The notes below the pieces were generated by a model, which was given only the letters and a program-made list of their open reading frames with translations, was not told where the DNA came from and searched no databases. The translations under genes were made by a program, and so were the position numbers. A DNA stretch of 64,000 nt from Candidatus Dojkabacteria bacterium (lineage in GTDB: Bacteria > Patescibacteriota > Dojkabacteria > SC72): contig JBMNHB010000001.1 of assembly GCA_050950145.1 (NCBI GenBank), forward strand, positions 556,820-620,819, in the 5' to 3' direction. This document shows, piece by piece, positions 10,820 to 19,587 of the stretch (its first letter is position 1; every line of letters begins with the position of its first letter).

Positions 10820-10852
10820 GGGTTAGAATACCATAATACGAAAAAGAAAGCG

Positions 10853-10930
10853 ACTATAGTAAATTAACTAATCGTAACAAAAGTATGTTTAATCCTCACC
10901 CAGTAAGAAGAATCTTACAGACCTGGTCTG
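10853..10930 (-). repeat. 80-bp bipartite palindrome element, copy 2 (inverted relative to copy 1)
   Basis: Palindrome 10918-10930; shares TTTTGTTACGATTAGTTAAyTTACTAT with copy 1; offset 71. Confidence 0.85.
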
Positions 10931-10940
10931 GTTAATGAAA

Positions 10941-10969
10941 TTGACATACGAAGATTCGGATAGTATAAT
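10941..10969 (+). promoter_or_regulatory. Consensus sigma70 promoter of rpmE
   Basis: TTGACA-17-TATAAT. Confidence 0.85.
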
Positions 10970-10980
10970 CCAACTTGCTT

Positions 10981-11319
10981 ATGAAAAAAGACATACATCC
11001 AAAATATAATAATGAATTCAAGATTACATGTTCATGTGGTAATTCTTTTGTTACTGGTTCTACCCTACTTGAAGATGGAATAACAGTAGATATCTGTTCT
11101 AAGTGCCATCCTTTCTATACAGGAGAACAGAAAATTGTTGACACTGACAATGTTGTTAGAAAGTACGAGGAGAGATTAGAGAAATCTAAGAAGATGTCTT
11201 TCACAAGCAAGAAAGAAAAAATGGCTAAAAGAAGAGAGAAGATGGAAAAAATGGCATCTACTCCTGCTACTTCACTCTCTTTAAGAGATATGCTTGCAAA
11301 CGCAAAAATCTCTAAGTAA
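10981..11319 (+). CDS. rpmE: 50S ribosomal protein L31 (Zn type, C-terminal extension)
   Basis: MKKDIHPKY, CSCG, CSKCHPFYTG. Confidence 0.95.
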   Translation: MKKDIHPKYNNEFKITCSCGNSFVTGSTLLEDGITVDICSKCHPFYTGEQKIVDTDNVVRKYEERLEKSKKMSFTSKKEKMAKRREKMEKMASTPATSLSLRDMLANAKISK

Positions 11320-11361
11320 CAGTTTCCAATATAATATAATGTTTTGTGATATCATCTAGAG

Positions 11362-12462
11362 ATGGATATTGAATCATTAAAGAAAAAATATAAAGAAAAT
11401 ACAGCACAAGAAAAAGTTGTTGAGTTGGAAGAGCAGATGAAAAAAGGGATTGAGAGTGGTGATAGGAATATTGGAGATATTAGTGCTGATTTAGCCTACT
11501 ATTCAGAACTCTCATACAAGACTTCAGATATGCAGAAAGCTCTATCCGATTTAGAAAACACAAAAGAGATGGTTAAGAATGAGCAGGATTTAGAGTTAAA
11601 AGAGATGGCATCAGAGGAGATGACTAATCTAGAAGAAAGAATCACATCATTAGACAGTGAGATTAAGAAGCTACAGATATCTAGGAAGTTTGTTGATGAG
11701 GATGATAATAGGTCTGCGATTTTAGAAATTAGAGCTGGTGCTGGTGGTGACGAGGCTGCTCTTTTTGCTGCAGATCTTTTTAGGATGTACAAAAACTATG
11801 CAACTTCAAATGGTTGGAAGATGGAAATAATAGATAGTAATGTTACAGAAGGTGGTGGGTATAAGGAAGTTATCGCACATATTGAAGGTAAGAATGTATT
11901 TAAGAACCTTAAGTATGAAAGTGGTGTTCATAGAGTACAGAGAGTCCCATCTACTGAGTCCTCCGGTAGGATTCACACCTCTACTGCCTCTGTAGCTATC
12001 CTTCCTGAGGCAAAAGACCTAGATATTGTTATTGACCCTGCTGACCTAAGAATAGATGTTATGAGAGCATCTGGAGCTGGTGGACAGAAAGTAAATAGAA
12101 CAGATTCTGCAGTAAGAATAACTCACCTACCCACAGGTATAGTTGCTAGTTGCCAAGAAACAAAACATCAACAACAGAATAGAGAGAAAGCCATGGCTAT
12201 TCTCAGATCAAGACTCTATGACTTAAAAAGACAAGAGGAGGCAGAAAAGAGAGCCGATATGAGGCTTTCACAAATTGGTTCTTCTATGAGAGCAGAAAAG
12301 ATTAGAACTTATAATTTCCCACAAAACAGAATTACAGATCATAGAGTAAAGTTATCATGGCATAATCTAGAATCAATACTTAATGGAAACATACAAGAGA
12401 TGATTGATGACATTAAAGATGGTATTCAAAGTCAACTTTTAGCTCAGGAAGATGAATCTTAA
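11362..12462 (+). CDS. prfA: Peptide chain release factor 1
   Basis: [20 protein letters not shown] (PxT), GGQ. Confidence 0.95.
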   Translation: MDIESLKKKYKENTAQEKVVELEEQMKKGIESGDRNIGDISADLAYYSELSYKTSDMQKALSDLENTKEMVKNEQDLELKEMASEEMTNLEERITSLDSEIKKLQISRKFVDEDDNRSAILEIRAGAGGDEAALFAADLFRMYKNYATSNGWKMEIIDSNVTEGGGYKEVIAHIEGKNVFKNLKYESGVHRVQRVPSTESSGRIHTSTASVAILPEAKDLDIVIDPADLRIDVMRASGAGGQKVNRTDSAVRITHLPTGIVASCQETKHQQQNREKAMAILRSRLYDLKRQEEAEKRADMRLSQIGSSMRAEKIRTYNFPQNRITDHRVKLSWHNLESILNGNIQEMIDDIKDGIQSQLLAQEDES

Positions 12463-13288
12463 AAAACTTTTTCAGATACAGAAAACTTTAGAAAAGACAG
12501 GATATTTTGATATATCTAGAGTTGCTAATGAGATATATAGCTATTCAGAAGAAAAGGATGTCGAAATAGAAGATATCTTAAAAAGGATAGAGAATGATGA
12601 ACCTTGGGAATATATTCGTGGATATGCAGAGTTTAGAGGTATAAATTTCTTAGTAACAGAAGATACATTAATACCAAGAATAGAGACAGAACAAATTGTT
12701 GATATTGCACTAGACTTAATTAAAAAAAAGAATACCCCCTACTCTAGAATTATTGATATTGGTACAGGAACAGGTTGTATTATTATCTCCCTGTATAAAG
12801 AGTTAAAGAAAAATAAAGAAGAGATAAAGGAGAAAGAAAAAAGAAATCAAGATGAAGAATATATATTTCTAGCAACAGATAGTAGTAAAAAAACTTTAGA
12901 TATTGCAAAAGAGAATGCTAAAAGAAATTCCATTAAGAATATCTCTTTTGTTAAAAAGAATCTGATTAGTATTGAAGATTTAGAAAATAATTCCTTAGTG
13001 TTAGCTAATCTTCCATACATTCCTACTAATATGTATGTGAAATTAGATAGATCTGTTAAAGATTTTGAACCTAAAAAAGCATTAGATGGAGGAAAAGACG
13101 GTCTTAAATACTACAAAGAACTCCTTTCTATTATTCAAGATTCTAAGAAAAAGAATATAGATTTAGTTGTAGAAATAGAGCCTAGCACACTTAAAGATTT
13201 CAAAAAGCTGGTACCTGAAAATACCAACTTAAAGACCATTAAAGATTTTAGGAATCAAGACAGATTCTTACTCCTCCATTTCGCCTAG
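12452..13288 (+). CDS. prmC: Release factor glutamine methyltransferase
   Basis: [19 protein letters not shown]; follows prfA. Confidence 0.9.
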   Translation: MNLKKLFQIQKTLEKTGYFDISRVANEIYSYSEEKDVEIEDILKRIENDEPWEYIRGYAEFRGINFLVTEDTLIPRIETEQIVDIALDLIKKKNTPYSRIIDIGTGTGCIIISLYKELKKNKEEIKEKEKRNQDEEYIFLATDSSKKTLDIAKENAKRNSIKNISFVKKNLISIEDLENNSLVLANLPYIPTNMYVKLDRSVKDFEPKKALDGGKDGLKYYKELLSIIQDSKKKNIDLVVEIEPSTLKDFKKLVPENTNLKTIKDFRNQDRFLLLHFA

Positions 13289-14500
13289 TACAACTGTAAA
13301 TTTCTGCTCAGCTCCTTCTCTCCAAACCTTTACTTCTACACTCTCCCCTACTTTATGCTTTTGAATCATCTCTGCAAGAGACCTATTAACTTTCTCACCT
13401 CCGAATTCAATTATAAAGTCACCTCGTCTAATGCCTGCTGTGTATGCTGGAGAGAGAGGATCTATTCTTACAACAAGTGCACCTGGTACAACATCTTTGT
13501 AATACAGTGCTTCGTATTCTGAAATCATCTGGTAAGAGACTCCTAAGAATGGTCGGATGAATTTACCATAAGTTCTATACTCCTCTAATCTACTCTTTAC
13601 CTTGTTTATCGGTAATGCAAAGGAAATATTATCCACTCCAGATGTTGTAGCAAAGTTAACACCAATTACTTCTCCTTGTGAGTTAAGTAATGGTCCACCA
13701 GAGTTTCCAGGATTAATTGCAGCATCTGTTTGAATTACCCCCTCATAACTCTTTGTTGTACTACCAAACCAACCAGTACCTGCTGTAACACTTCTATCTA
13801 AGCCACTAATAATTCCAGTTGTAACACTGCCTGAGTACTCTCCCAATGGTGTACCAATTGCAATAGCTTCTTGACCAACGACCAATTTATCAGAATTCCC
13901 TAATTTTAAAGCTTTAATCTCTTTATCTTTCTTATCTATTCTTAAAACAGCAATATCAGAAATATCATCTCTAAGAACTTTAGTCACTTCAAACATATCA
14001 CCGTTATGAGATACAACTTTGTATGTTGCATTTGTATCAGAAACAACATGCTGATTGGTCACAACAATTCCACTCTCATCAACGATAAAGCCTGTTCCAA
14101 TTTTACTAGTTTTATCCCCTACTCCTTCACCTGGTTTAAGCGTAATTTGAGAAACAGCAATACTTACCACTGATTCCTGACTCTCCTTTACAATATTTAT
14201 TGTATTTGCCTCCCTTTCTGTTACAACTAACTCATAACTATCTTTCTTCTCACCACTCTTAAAAGTATCAATATATTTCCTTAAAGGACCTTTCTCTCCA
14301 AAAAGCAAAAACAATATTAATAATGTTGTCATTATTGTTGAGAAACAAACAAGAATTAAACCACCAAAAACAAAGTCAAGAATATTCTTTTTCTTTTTTG
14401 TTTTTTTAACAACAGGAATATCTTTTTTTTCTTCCTTCTTCTCTTCTATTTTTTCAATAACAGGAATATCTTTTTTCCCTTCTTCTTTTTTCTCTTCCAT
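13268..14500 (-). CDS. htrA: HtrA/DegP-like serine protease with PDZ domain
   Basis: TNQHV, D, GNSGGP catalytic triad; C-terminal PDZ; N-terminal TM. Confidence 0.92.
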   Translation of the reverse strand: MEEKKEEGKKDIPVIEKIEEKKEEKKDIPVVKKTKKKKNILDFVFGGLILVCFSTIMTTLLILFLLFGEKGPLRKYIDTFKSGEKKDSYELVVTEREANTINIVKESQESVVSIAVSQITLKPGEGVGDKTSKIGTGFIVDESGIVVTNQHVVSDTNATYKVVSHNGDMFEVTKVLRDDISDIAVLRIDKKDKEIKALKLGNSDKLVVGQEAIAIGTPLGEYSGSVTTGIISGLDRSVTAGTGWFGSTTKSYEGVIQTDAAINPGNSGGPLLNSQGEVIGVNFATTSGVDNISFALPINKVKSRLEEYRTYGKFIRPFLGVSYQMISEYEALYYKDVVPGALVVRIDPLSPAYTAGIRRGDFIIEFGGEKVNRSLAEMIQKHKVGESVEVKVWREGAEQKFTVVLGEMEE

Positions 14501-14518
14501 ATTCTTTAACTATTTAAT

Positions 14519-15748
14519 TTATTTACTTAATTCCTCAATAGCTTTGTTAAGCTGAGGATCTATACCCTTTTCAAAGTCTGCATTACTGTAAGGAACATTA
14601 ATATCTGGAACAATTGGATTATCCCTATCTATATTCTTCCCATCAGGGAGTAACCATTTAACAACAGTTAAATGAAGACTAGAACCATCATTGAAATCAA
14701 AAATATTCTGTGCAGTACCTTTTCCATATGTCATCCTACCCATCAAAGTTGCTCTTTTTGCCTGTTGTAAAGCTCCTGCAACTATTTCTGAAGCTGATGC
14801 ACTTCCCTCATCAATTAATACTAAAATTTTAGCATCAACTAAAGCACCTCCCTTTGTAGATTCATATTTCTTAACATTTCCCTTAGCATCTCTTTGTTGC
14901 GAGATAACGAAACCTTCATTAAGAATATCATCAACAGCATATATTGCAGCATCAAAATACCCTCCTGGATTACTTCTCAAATCTAAAATTACTCTATCTA
15001 CTTTAGCCTCTTTAATACTTCTAACACTCTTATCCCATTCAGCCTTCCAAGAAGCCAACGAACTATCAGTAAATCTTGACACCTTAAAATGTGCAATGTC
15101 TTTCTTTTCTCCAATAAATTCTAATGTCATACTAGGAACAGTAATCTCCCCTCTGGTTATTTTTACTTCTGTTGTTTGTCTGTCCCCTTTATGCAGAACT
15201 GTCAATGTAACATCTGTACCAGCTTTACCTCTAATCTTAGCAACAGCATCATATACTGTATCTTCTGGAGTAAGAGTATATCCATCTACCTTAACAATGT
15301 AATCTCCAGGTCTAATACCTGCAGCTTTTGCAGGAGATCCATCAATAGGAGCAACAACTACAACCTGACCTTCATGATACCCTAATTCTGCCCCTATTCC
15401 TTCAAAATACTTACCCTCACTTGCAGCATCATATTCCTTTGTCTCTTCTGGATCTAAATATGTCGTCCCGACATCAGAGATTGAACTAATCATCCCTCTT
15501 ATAGCACCATATATCATAGCTTTCTCATCCAACTTGTCAGCATCAACATAGTTTCTCTTTGTAGTCTCCCATACATTCCAAAACATAGTCATATCTGCTT
15601 TCTTTCCAAAAGAGGATGCAGACAATACCATACCAGCGTCTTGCACACTATAATTTCTACCAACAAGTAATCCTACAACAAAAGCTACAACTACTAGCAG
15701 TGAATATCCTAATATTTTCCCATTTTTTTTCTGTTTATCTTCCATCAT
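14519..15748 (-). CDS. ctpA: S41 carboxyl-terminal processing protease
   Basis: PDZ (GIGAEL), DLRSNPGG, SASASEI, TYGKG. Confidence 0.92.
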   Translation of the reverse strand: MMEDKQKKNGKILGYSLLVVVAFVVGLLVGRNYSVQDAGMVLSASSFGKKADMTMFWNVWETTKRNYVDADKLDEKAMIYGAIRGMISSISDVGTTYLDPEETKEYDAASEGKYFEGIGAELGYHEGQVVVVAPIDGSPAKAAGIRPGDYIVKVDGYTLTPEDTVYDAVAKIRGKAGTDVTLTVLHKGDRQTTEVKITRGEITVPSMTLEFIGEKKDIAHFKVSRFTDSSLASWKAEWDKSVRSIKEAKVDRVILDLRSNPGGYFDAAIYAVDDILNEGFVISQQRDAKGNVKKYESTKGGALVDAKILVLIDEGSASASEIVAGALQQAKRATLMGRMTYGKGTAQNIFDFNDGSSLHLTVVKWLLPDGKNIDRDNPIVPDINVPYSNADFEKGIDPQLNKAIEELSK

Positions 15749-15795
15749 CTATTCAAGAAAATTTAATTATGTAATGTCTAGTGAACAATTATACT

Positions 15796-16821
15796 CTAAA
15801 GAGAAATAAATTCTACTGAACCTATATGTATCATTCCTTTAGAACCACCCTCCCACTCTACAGTTAGAAAAGAACCTTCCTCTTCAACCCCAACAATCTT
15901 CCCTATCATTGAATAATTAGAAAGAGAAAGAGATCTTACAGTAGAACCTATTAAATTCTTAACAAAATTTCCTTTTGTTTCTTTTCCTTTATAATCTGAA
16001 AGGAAAAATATCTGACTTTCATCTAAATCAACTACACAGAGACTAGAATCTTTACTTCCAATAGATTTCAAAATCTCATTTCCACAAGATATCTCTCCAA
16101 AACCACCTAATATGCCAAGTGGTAGAGTTTGCTTTCTAAAATCAGAGTAATCCATAGAGTATGTAAGAACAAATGCTGCACCTTTCTCAAAGAGATCCTG
16201 CAAAAGAGATGTATGAAGATGTTTACCAGCAAAAACAATCTTGTTAGTATAATCTTCTCCTTCTGCTTTTACTTTAAGATTAACTCCATCCCCTATTACT
16301 ACAAACTCTCCAAATATTTTACCCTTCTCTTCTTCTTGATACATTTTAGAAAGAACTTTGATATCCATAGCTGATACCTTTGCTTTAACAACAATACCAT
16401 CTACTAGATTCACTTCCATTATTTCTCCAGTAAATGAACTCTTAAAAACAGAATTTGTCTCCTCTCCAAGAATATCTATATATCCACCATCTAATCTACT
16501 TAAATCTACAACCCCCTCTATGGGAGAAATTAGTTTCTTAACAGTTAGACCTCCAGTTGTTTCTTTTTCAACTAAAACATCCCCTTCTTTTACTAATTCT
16601 CCATTAATACAGGTGACATACTTTTTAACATCCCCTGCTGAGATAGGGATCTCGTTTGGAACATAGAAAGTATATGCTTTGGAATTCTGATTCCTTTCAA
16701 GAATAGGATCCCCTACTTTTACCTTCTGTCCTTCTTTAACCAACACTTTATCAGAAGAGGTATAAGGAATTTTGAATTCATAGTCATCATACCTACTTAG
16801 TATTTCATGTTTAATTATCAT
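15796..16821 (-). CDS. Hypothetical protein with barrel-sandwich hybrid repeats
   Basis: VLVKEGQKVKVGDPI and NGELVKEGDVL..SPIEGVV repeats. Confidence 0.55.
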   Translation of the reverse strand: MIIKHEILSRYDDYEFKIPYTSSDKVLVKEGQKVKVGDPILERNQNSKAYTFYVPNEIPISAGDVKKYVTCINGELVKEGDVLVEKETTGGLTVKKLISPIEGVVDLSRLDGGYIDILGEETNSVFKSSFTGEIMEVNLVDGIVVKAKVSAMDIKVLSKMYQEEEKGKIFGEFVVIGDGVNLKVKAEGEDYTNKIVFAGKHLHTSLLQDLFEKGAAFVLTYSMDYSDFRKQTLPLGILGGFGEISCGNEILKSIGSKDSSLCVVDLDESQIFFLSDYKGKETKGNFVKNLIGSTVRSLSLSNYSMIGKIVGVEEEGSFLTVEWEGGSKGMIHIGSVEFISL

Positions 16822-18169
16822 TTATCCAAGACTGTAATTTAACTCTGTTTGTATATGCATCAGGACCATAAACTATTGGCCTCTGTCTAAAATCAAACAG
16901 TAAACTCTCTATTTCACTAACCCCTGGTATTGAGATATATTCTAAAGATGTTTCTCCTAAAGGATATGTCTTTGCTCCATTTCTTAGATTCATACTTAAT
17001 ATCATTTTCTCTTCATGTTTTGGTAATTCCATTATGGTATATTGTGAAGAGAGAGCATAGAAATCACTTCTCTCTATATCTAATGACTCAATATTTCCAC
17101 TTAACAATACTCTGTTTCTCTTACTATCTTTTGTTAATGGAATTATTACTTTAGTTAATTTAGGTAGTATAGAGCCTTTTGTTAGTATGATATCTGTACT
17201 TTCTGTTGCATTTACATATGATTTACCAAAAGCTATTGTTTTTAAATCTAAATCAAAGTAACAATCAAAGTTACCTGTTATTTCAAGCCCATCTATAATA
17301 CTTAACATTGTTTTAGACAAACCTAACACTCTAGGAATATTTCCAGTAACTATCATTGCTGTCTTTGTATACTCTCTTCCAAAACCTTCTATTTTTGCTT
17401 TGTTATCTCTGTATATCGAGAAATTTTGAATTGTAGAGTATGCACGAATAATATCTAGTAGAGAATTATCCTGAACAACAAGTGGTTTATCTATCACAAA
17501 ATTACCCCATATATTAAAAAGGTTCTCAGATGATATCTCTGTTGCAAGAAATGCATTAAATCTACTATCTTTAACAGAATCAATTAAGGATATTTCATCT
17601 TTCCATGACAATTTAGACTTTGTGAATGATAATTTACCTGTGGGTTTACCCTTTTCATAATCTGCCTTTACTCTAAATATTGAGAAGTGGAAGAGATCCA
17701 TATCTACTAACATTAGGTCATCTAGATTCATTCTTCGTAAAATTCCCTCTAAAACACTATTCATATATTGATCATCTACCACCCTCAGGGACACATCATT
17801 AGAGAAATCTCTTACAGAATCAAATATCTCTCTGAAAAATTCTTGATTGTCATCTATCTGTACTCTTACTCCAGATATACCATCTCCCTCCTCTTTGAAT
17901 CTTCTAAATGTAAATATTGATGATTTATCTTTATCTACAATGTTCCAATTAAATACATTTTCTAAATTATCAAAGTATTCAAACCAAAAGTCTTTAGTAA
18001 AGACATTGTCATCTAAAAGAAATCTTAAGGAATTGATATCTGTATAGTCAGAAAGTATATATTCTCTGTTGGCATTGTAGTCCATATATGCAAGATATCC
18101 CCAGATACCATTATCTTTAATCAATACATTGATATATGCATTTTTTTCCAATATGGACAGTTTTGGCAT
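16811..18169 (-). CDS. Hypothetical protein (possibly a divergent GlmL/MutL-like protein)
   Basis: 452-aa ORF overlapping the next gene; family assignment is weak and inferred from context. Confidence 0.45.
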   Translation of the reverse strand: MPKLSILEKNAYINVLIKDNGIWGYLAYMDYNANREYILSDYTDINSLRFLLDDNVFTKDFWFEYFDNLENVFNWNIVDKDKSSIFTFRRFKEEGDGISGVRVQIDDNQEFFREIFDSVRDFSNDVSLRVVDDQYMNSVLEGILRRMNLDDLMLVDMDLFHFSIFRVKADYEKGKPTGKLSFTKSKLSWKDEISLIDSVKDSRFNAFLATEISSENLFNIWGNFVIDKPLVVQDNSLLDIIRAYSTIQNFSIYRDNKAKIEGFGREYTKTAMIVTGNIPRVLGLSKTMLSIIDGLEITGNFDCYFDLDLKTIAFGKSYVNATESTDIILTKGSILPKLTKVIIPLTKDSKRNRVLLSGNIESLDIERSDFYALSSQYTIMELPKHEEKMILSMNLRNGAKTYPLGETSLEYISIPGVSEIESLLFDFRQRPIVYGPDAYTNRVKLQSWINDN

Positions 18170-18204
18170 ACTCTATATTACTGAATGTCTAACATATTTT
18201 CAAC

Positions 18205-18232
18205 AAAAAGGGAGGCTTTTAGACCTCCCTTT
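18205..18232 (-). terminator. Intrinsic terminator of rpsF-ssb-rpsR
   Basis: AAAGGGAGG/CCTCCCTTT hairpin followed by a T tract. Confidence 0.8.
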
Positions 18233-18252
18233 CTAAACCAAATCTAATTTAC

Positions 18253-18591
18253 CTATTCATTGGAAGAATATGGAAGTAAAGCCATATATCTTGCTCTTCT
18301 AATAGCTAACTTTAACTGTTTCTGGTGTTTGTGACATGCTCCAGACTTCTCTGTAGATATCATCTTACCTCTAACAGATGTAAATTTCTTTAGTTGATAT
18401 ACATCCTTGTACCCTACACTCTTAACACCTGCTTCACATAGAGGACATTTTAGATTCTGAATAATCTTTCTTCTCCTTCGTGGCTTTTTCTTTTGCATAG
18501 AAAAGCTGTCATCCTCTGTAAAAGATCTATCATCATAGACATCATTTAGAGATGGTGTTTGTATATCTGTATTTTTTACTTCCTCTGACAT
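18253..18591 (-). CDS. rpsR: 30S ribosomal protein S18 with acidic N-terminal extension
   Basis: CPLC..YKDV..LKKF..RGK..CHKHQ..AIRRARYMALLPY. Confidence 0.93.
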   Translation of the reverse strand: MSEEVKNTDIQTPSLNDVYDDRSFTEDDSFSMQKKKPRRRRKIIQNLKCPLCEAGVKSVGYKDVYQLKKFTSVRGKMISTEKSGACHKHQKQLKLAIRRARYMALLPYSSNE

Positions 18592-18609
18592 TCCTTAATA
18601 TATCTTAAA

Positions 18610-19089
18610 TTAAAAAGGTAAATCTTCCTCCAATGGATCCTGATCTTCTTCCTCAGTTTCTTCTACTGGAGCTTCTTCTTTCTTAGATTTCTTAGCTGGT
18701 TTCTCTTCTTCATCTTTCTCCTCTACTCCGTCCATACCTGCACCCTGTTTTCCTTTACTATCTAAAAGAATCATATCCTCTACTCTAATCTCTGTTTTGT
18801 ATCTTGTACTTCCATCTTCTGCTTCCCAACTTCTTGTATTTAGAGAACCTTCAACATATACCTTCATACCCTTTGCAAGTAACTGCTGACAGATCTCTGC
18901 CATTTTGTTCCATGCAACTAAGTTATGGAATTCTGCTATCTCTTTTGTCTCTCCATCTTCATCCTTCCATGACTTATTTGTAGCCATCCCAAATGTGACT
19001 ACTGGAGTCCCAGAGTTTGTATATCTCATCTCTGGGTCTCTTGTTAGGTTTCCTATTAGGAGAACCTTATTTAAAGATCTTGCTGCCAT
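18610..19089 (-). CDS. ssb: Single-stranded DNA-binding protein
   Basis: LNKVLLIGNLTRDPE; C-terminal DLPF. Confidence 0.97.
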   Translation of the reverse strand: MAARSLNKVLLIGNLTRDPEMRYTNSGTPVVTFGMATNKSWKDEDGETKEIAEFHNLVAWNKMAEICQQLLAKGMKVYVEGSLNTRSWEAEDGSTRYKTEIRVEDMILLDSKGKQGAGMDGVEEKDEEEKPAKKSKKEEAPVEETEEEDQDPLEEDLPF

Positions 19090-19149
19090 TTATTTATATA
19101 TAATAATTTAACTTACCTATTACTTTAACCTAAAATTATTAAATCTAGA

Positions 19150-19497
19150 TTAAATCTCAATTTCTTTTTTCTTAATACTCTTCCCTATCTTGGAAGTGTC
19201 ATCAATACTAACTATCATGAATCTCAAAACTTCCTGTTTTAATTGCATCTGTCTTTTTATCTCTGCTATCTCCTCAGGATATACTTTAAAGTCATATACT
19301 ATGTAATATGCTTCATTATGCCCATTTATTGGATATGCTAAATATCTCTTACCCCATACATCTACATCCAAAACCTCTCCACCTACCTCTTTAACACCAT
19401 TTACAAATTCTTTGTGCATTTGTTTTCTTAAATCATCAGGTAACAAAGGTTTAAGAGCAATCATCATCTCATAATTATTCAATTTCTTTACTGCCAT
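19150..19497 (-). CDS. rpsF: 30S ribosomal protein S6
   Basis: YEMM, WGKRYLAYPI, VLRFM. Confidence 0.95.
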   Translation of the reverse strand: MAVKKLNNYEMMIALKPLLPDDLRKQMHKEFVNGVKEVGGEVLDVDVWGKRYLAYPINGHNEAYYIVYDFKVYPEEIAEIKRQMQLKQEVLRFMIVSIDDTSKIGKSIKKKEIEI

Positions 19498-19587
19498 TTC
19501 TATGTATATTAAATTAACAACTAAAGGATTCTAGCAAAAAAAAGAGAGTAAGACAATATATACTTCTATGATTTTAAATATTTTCAT

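Noticed and set aside
14409-14500. Short tandem duplication at the htrA N-terminus (EEKKEE..KKDIPV x2)
   Set aside because: Low-complexity cytoplasmic tail with no sign of phase variation
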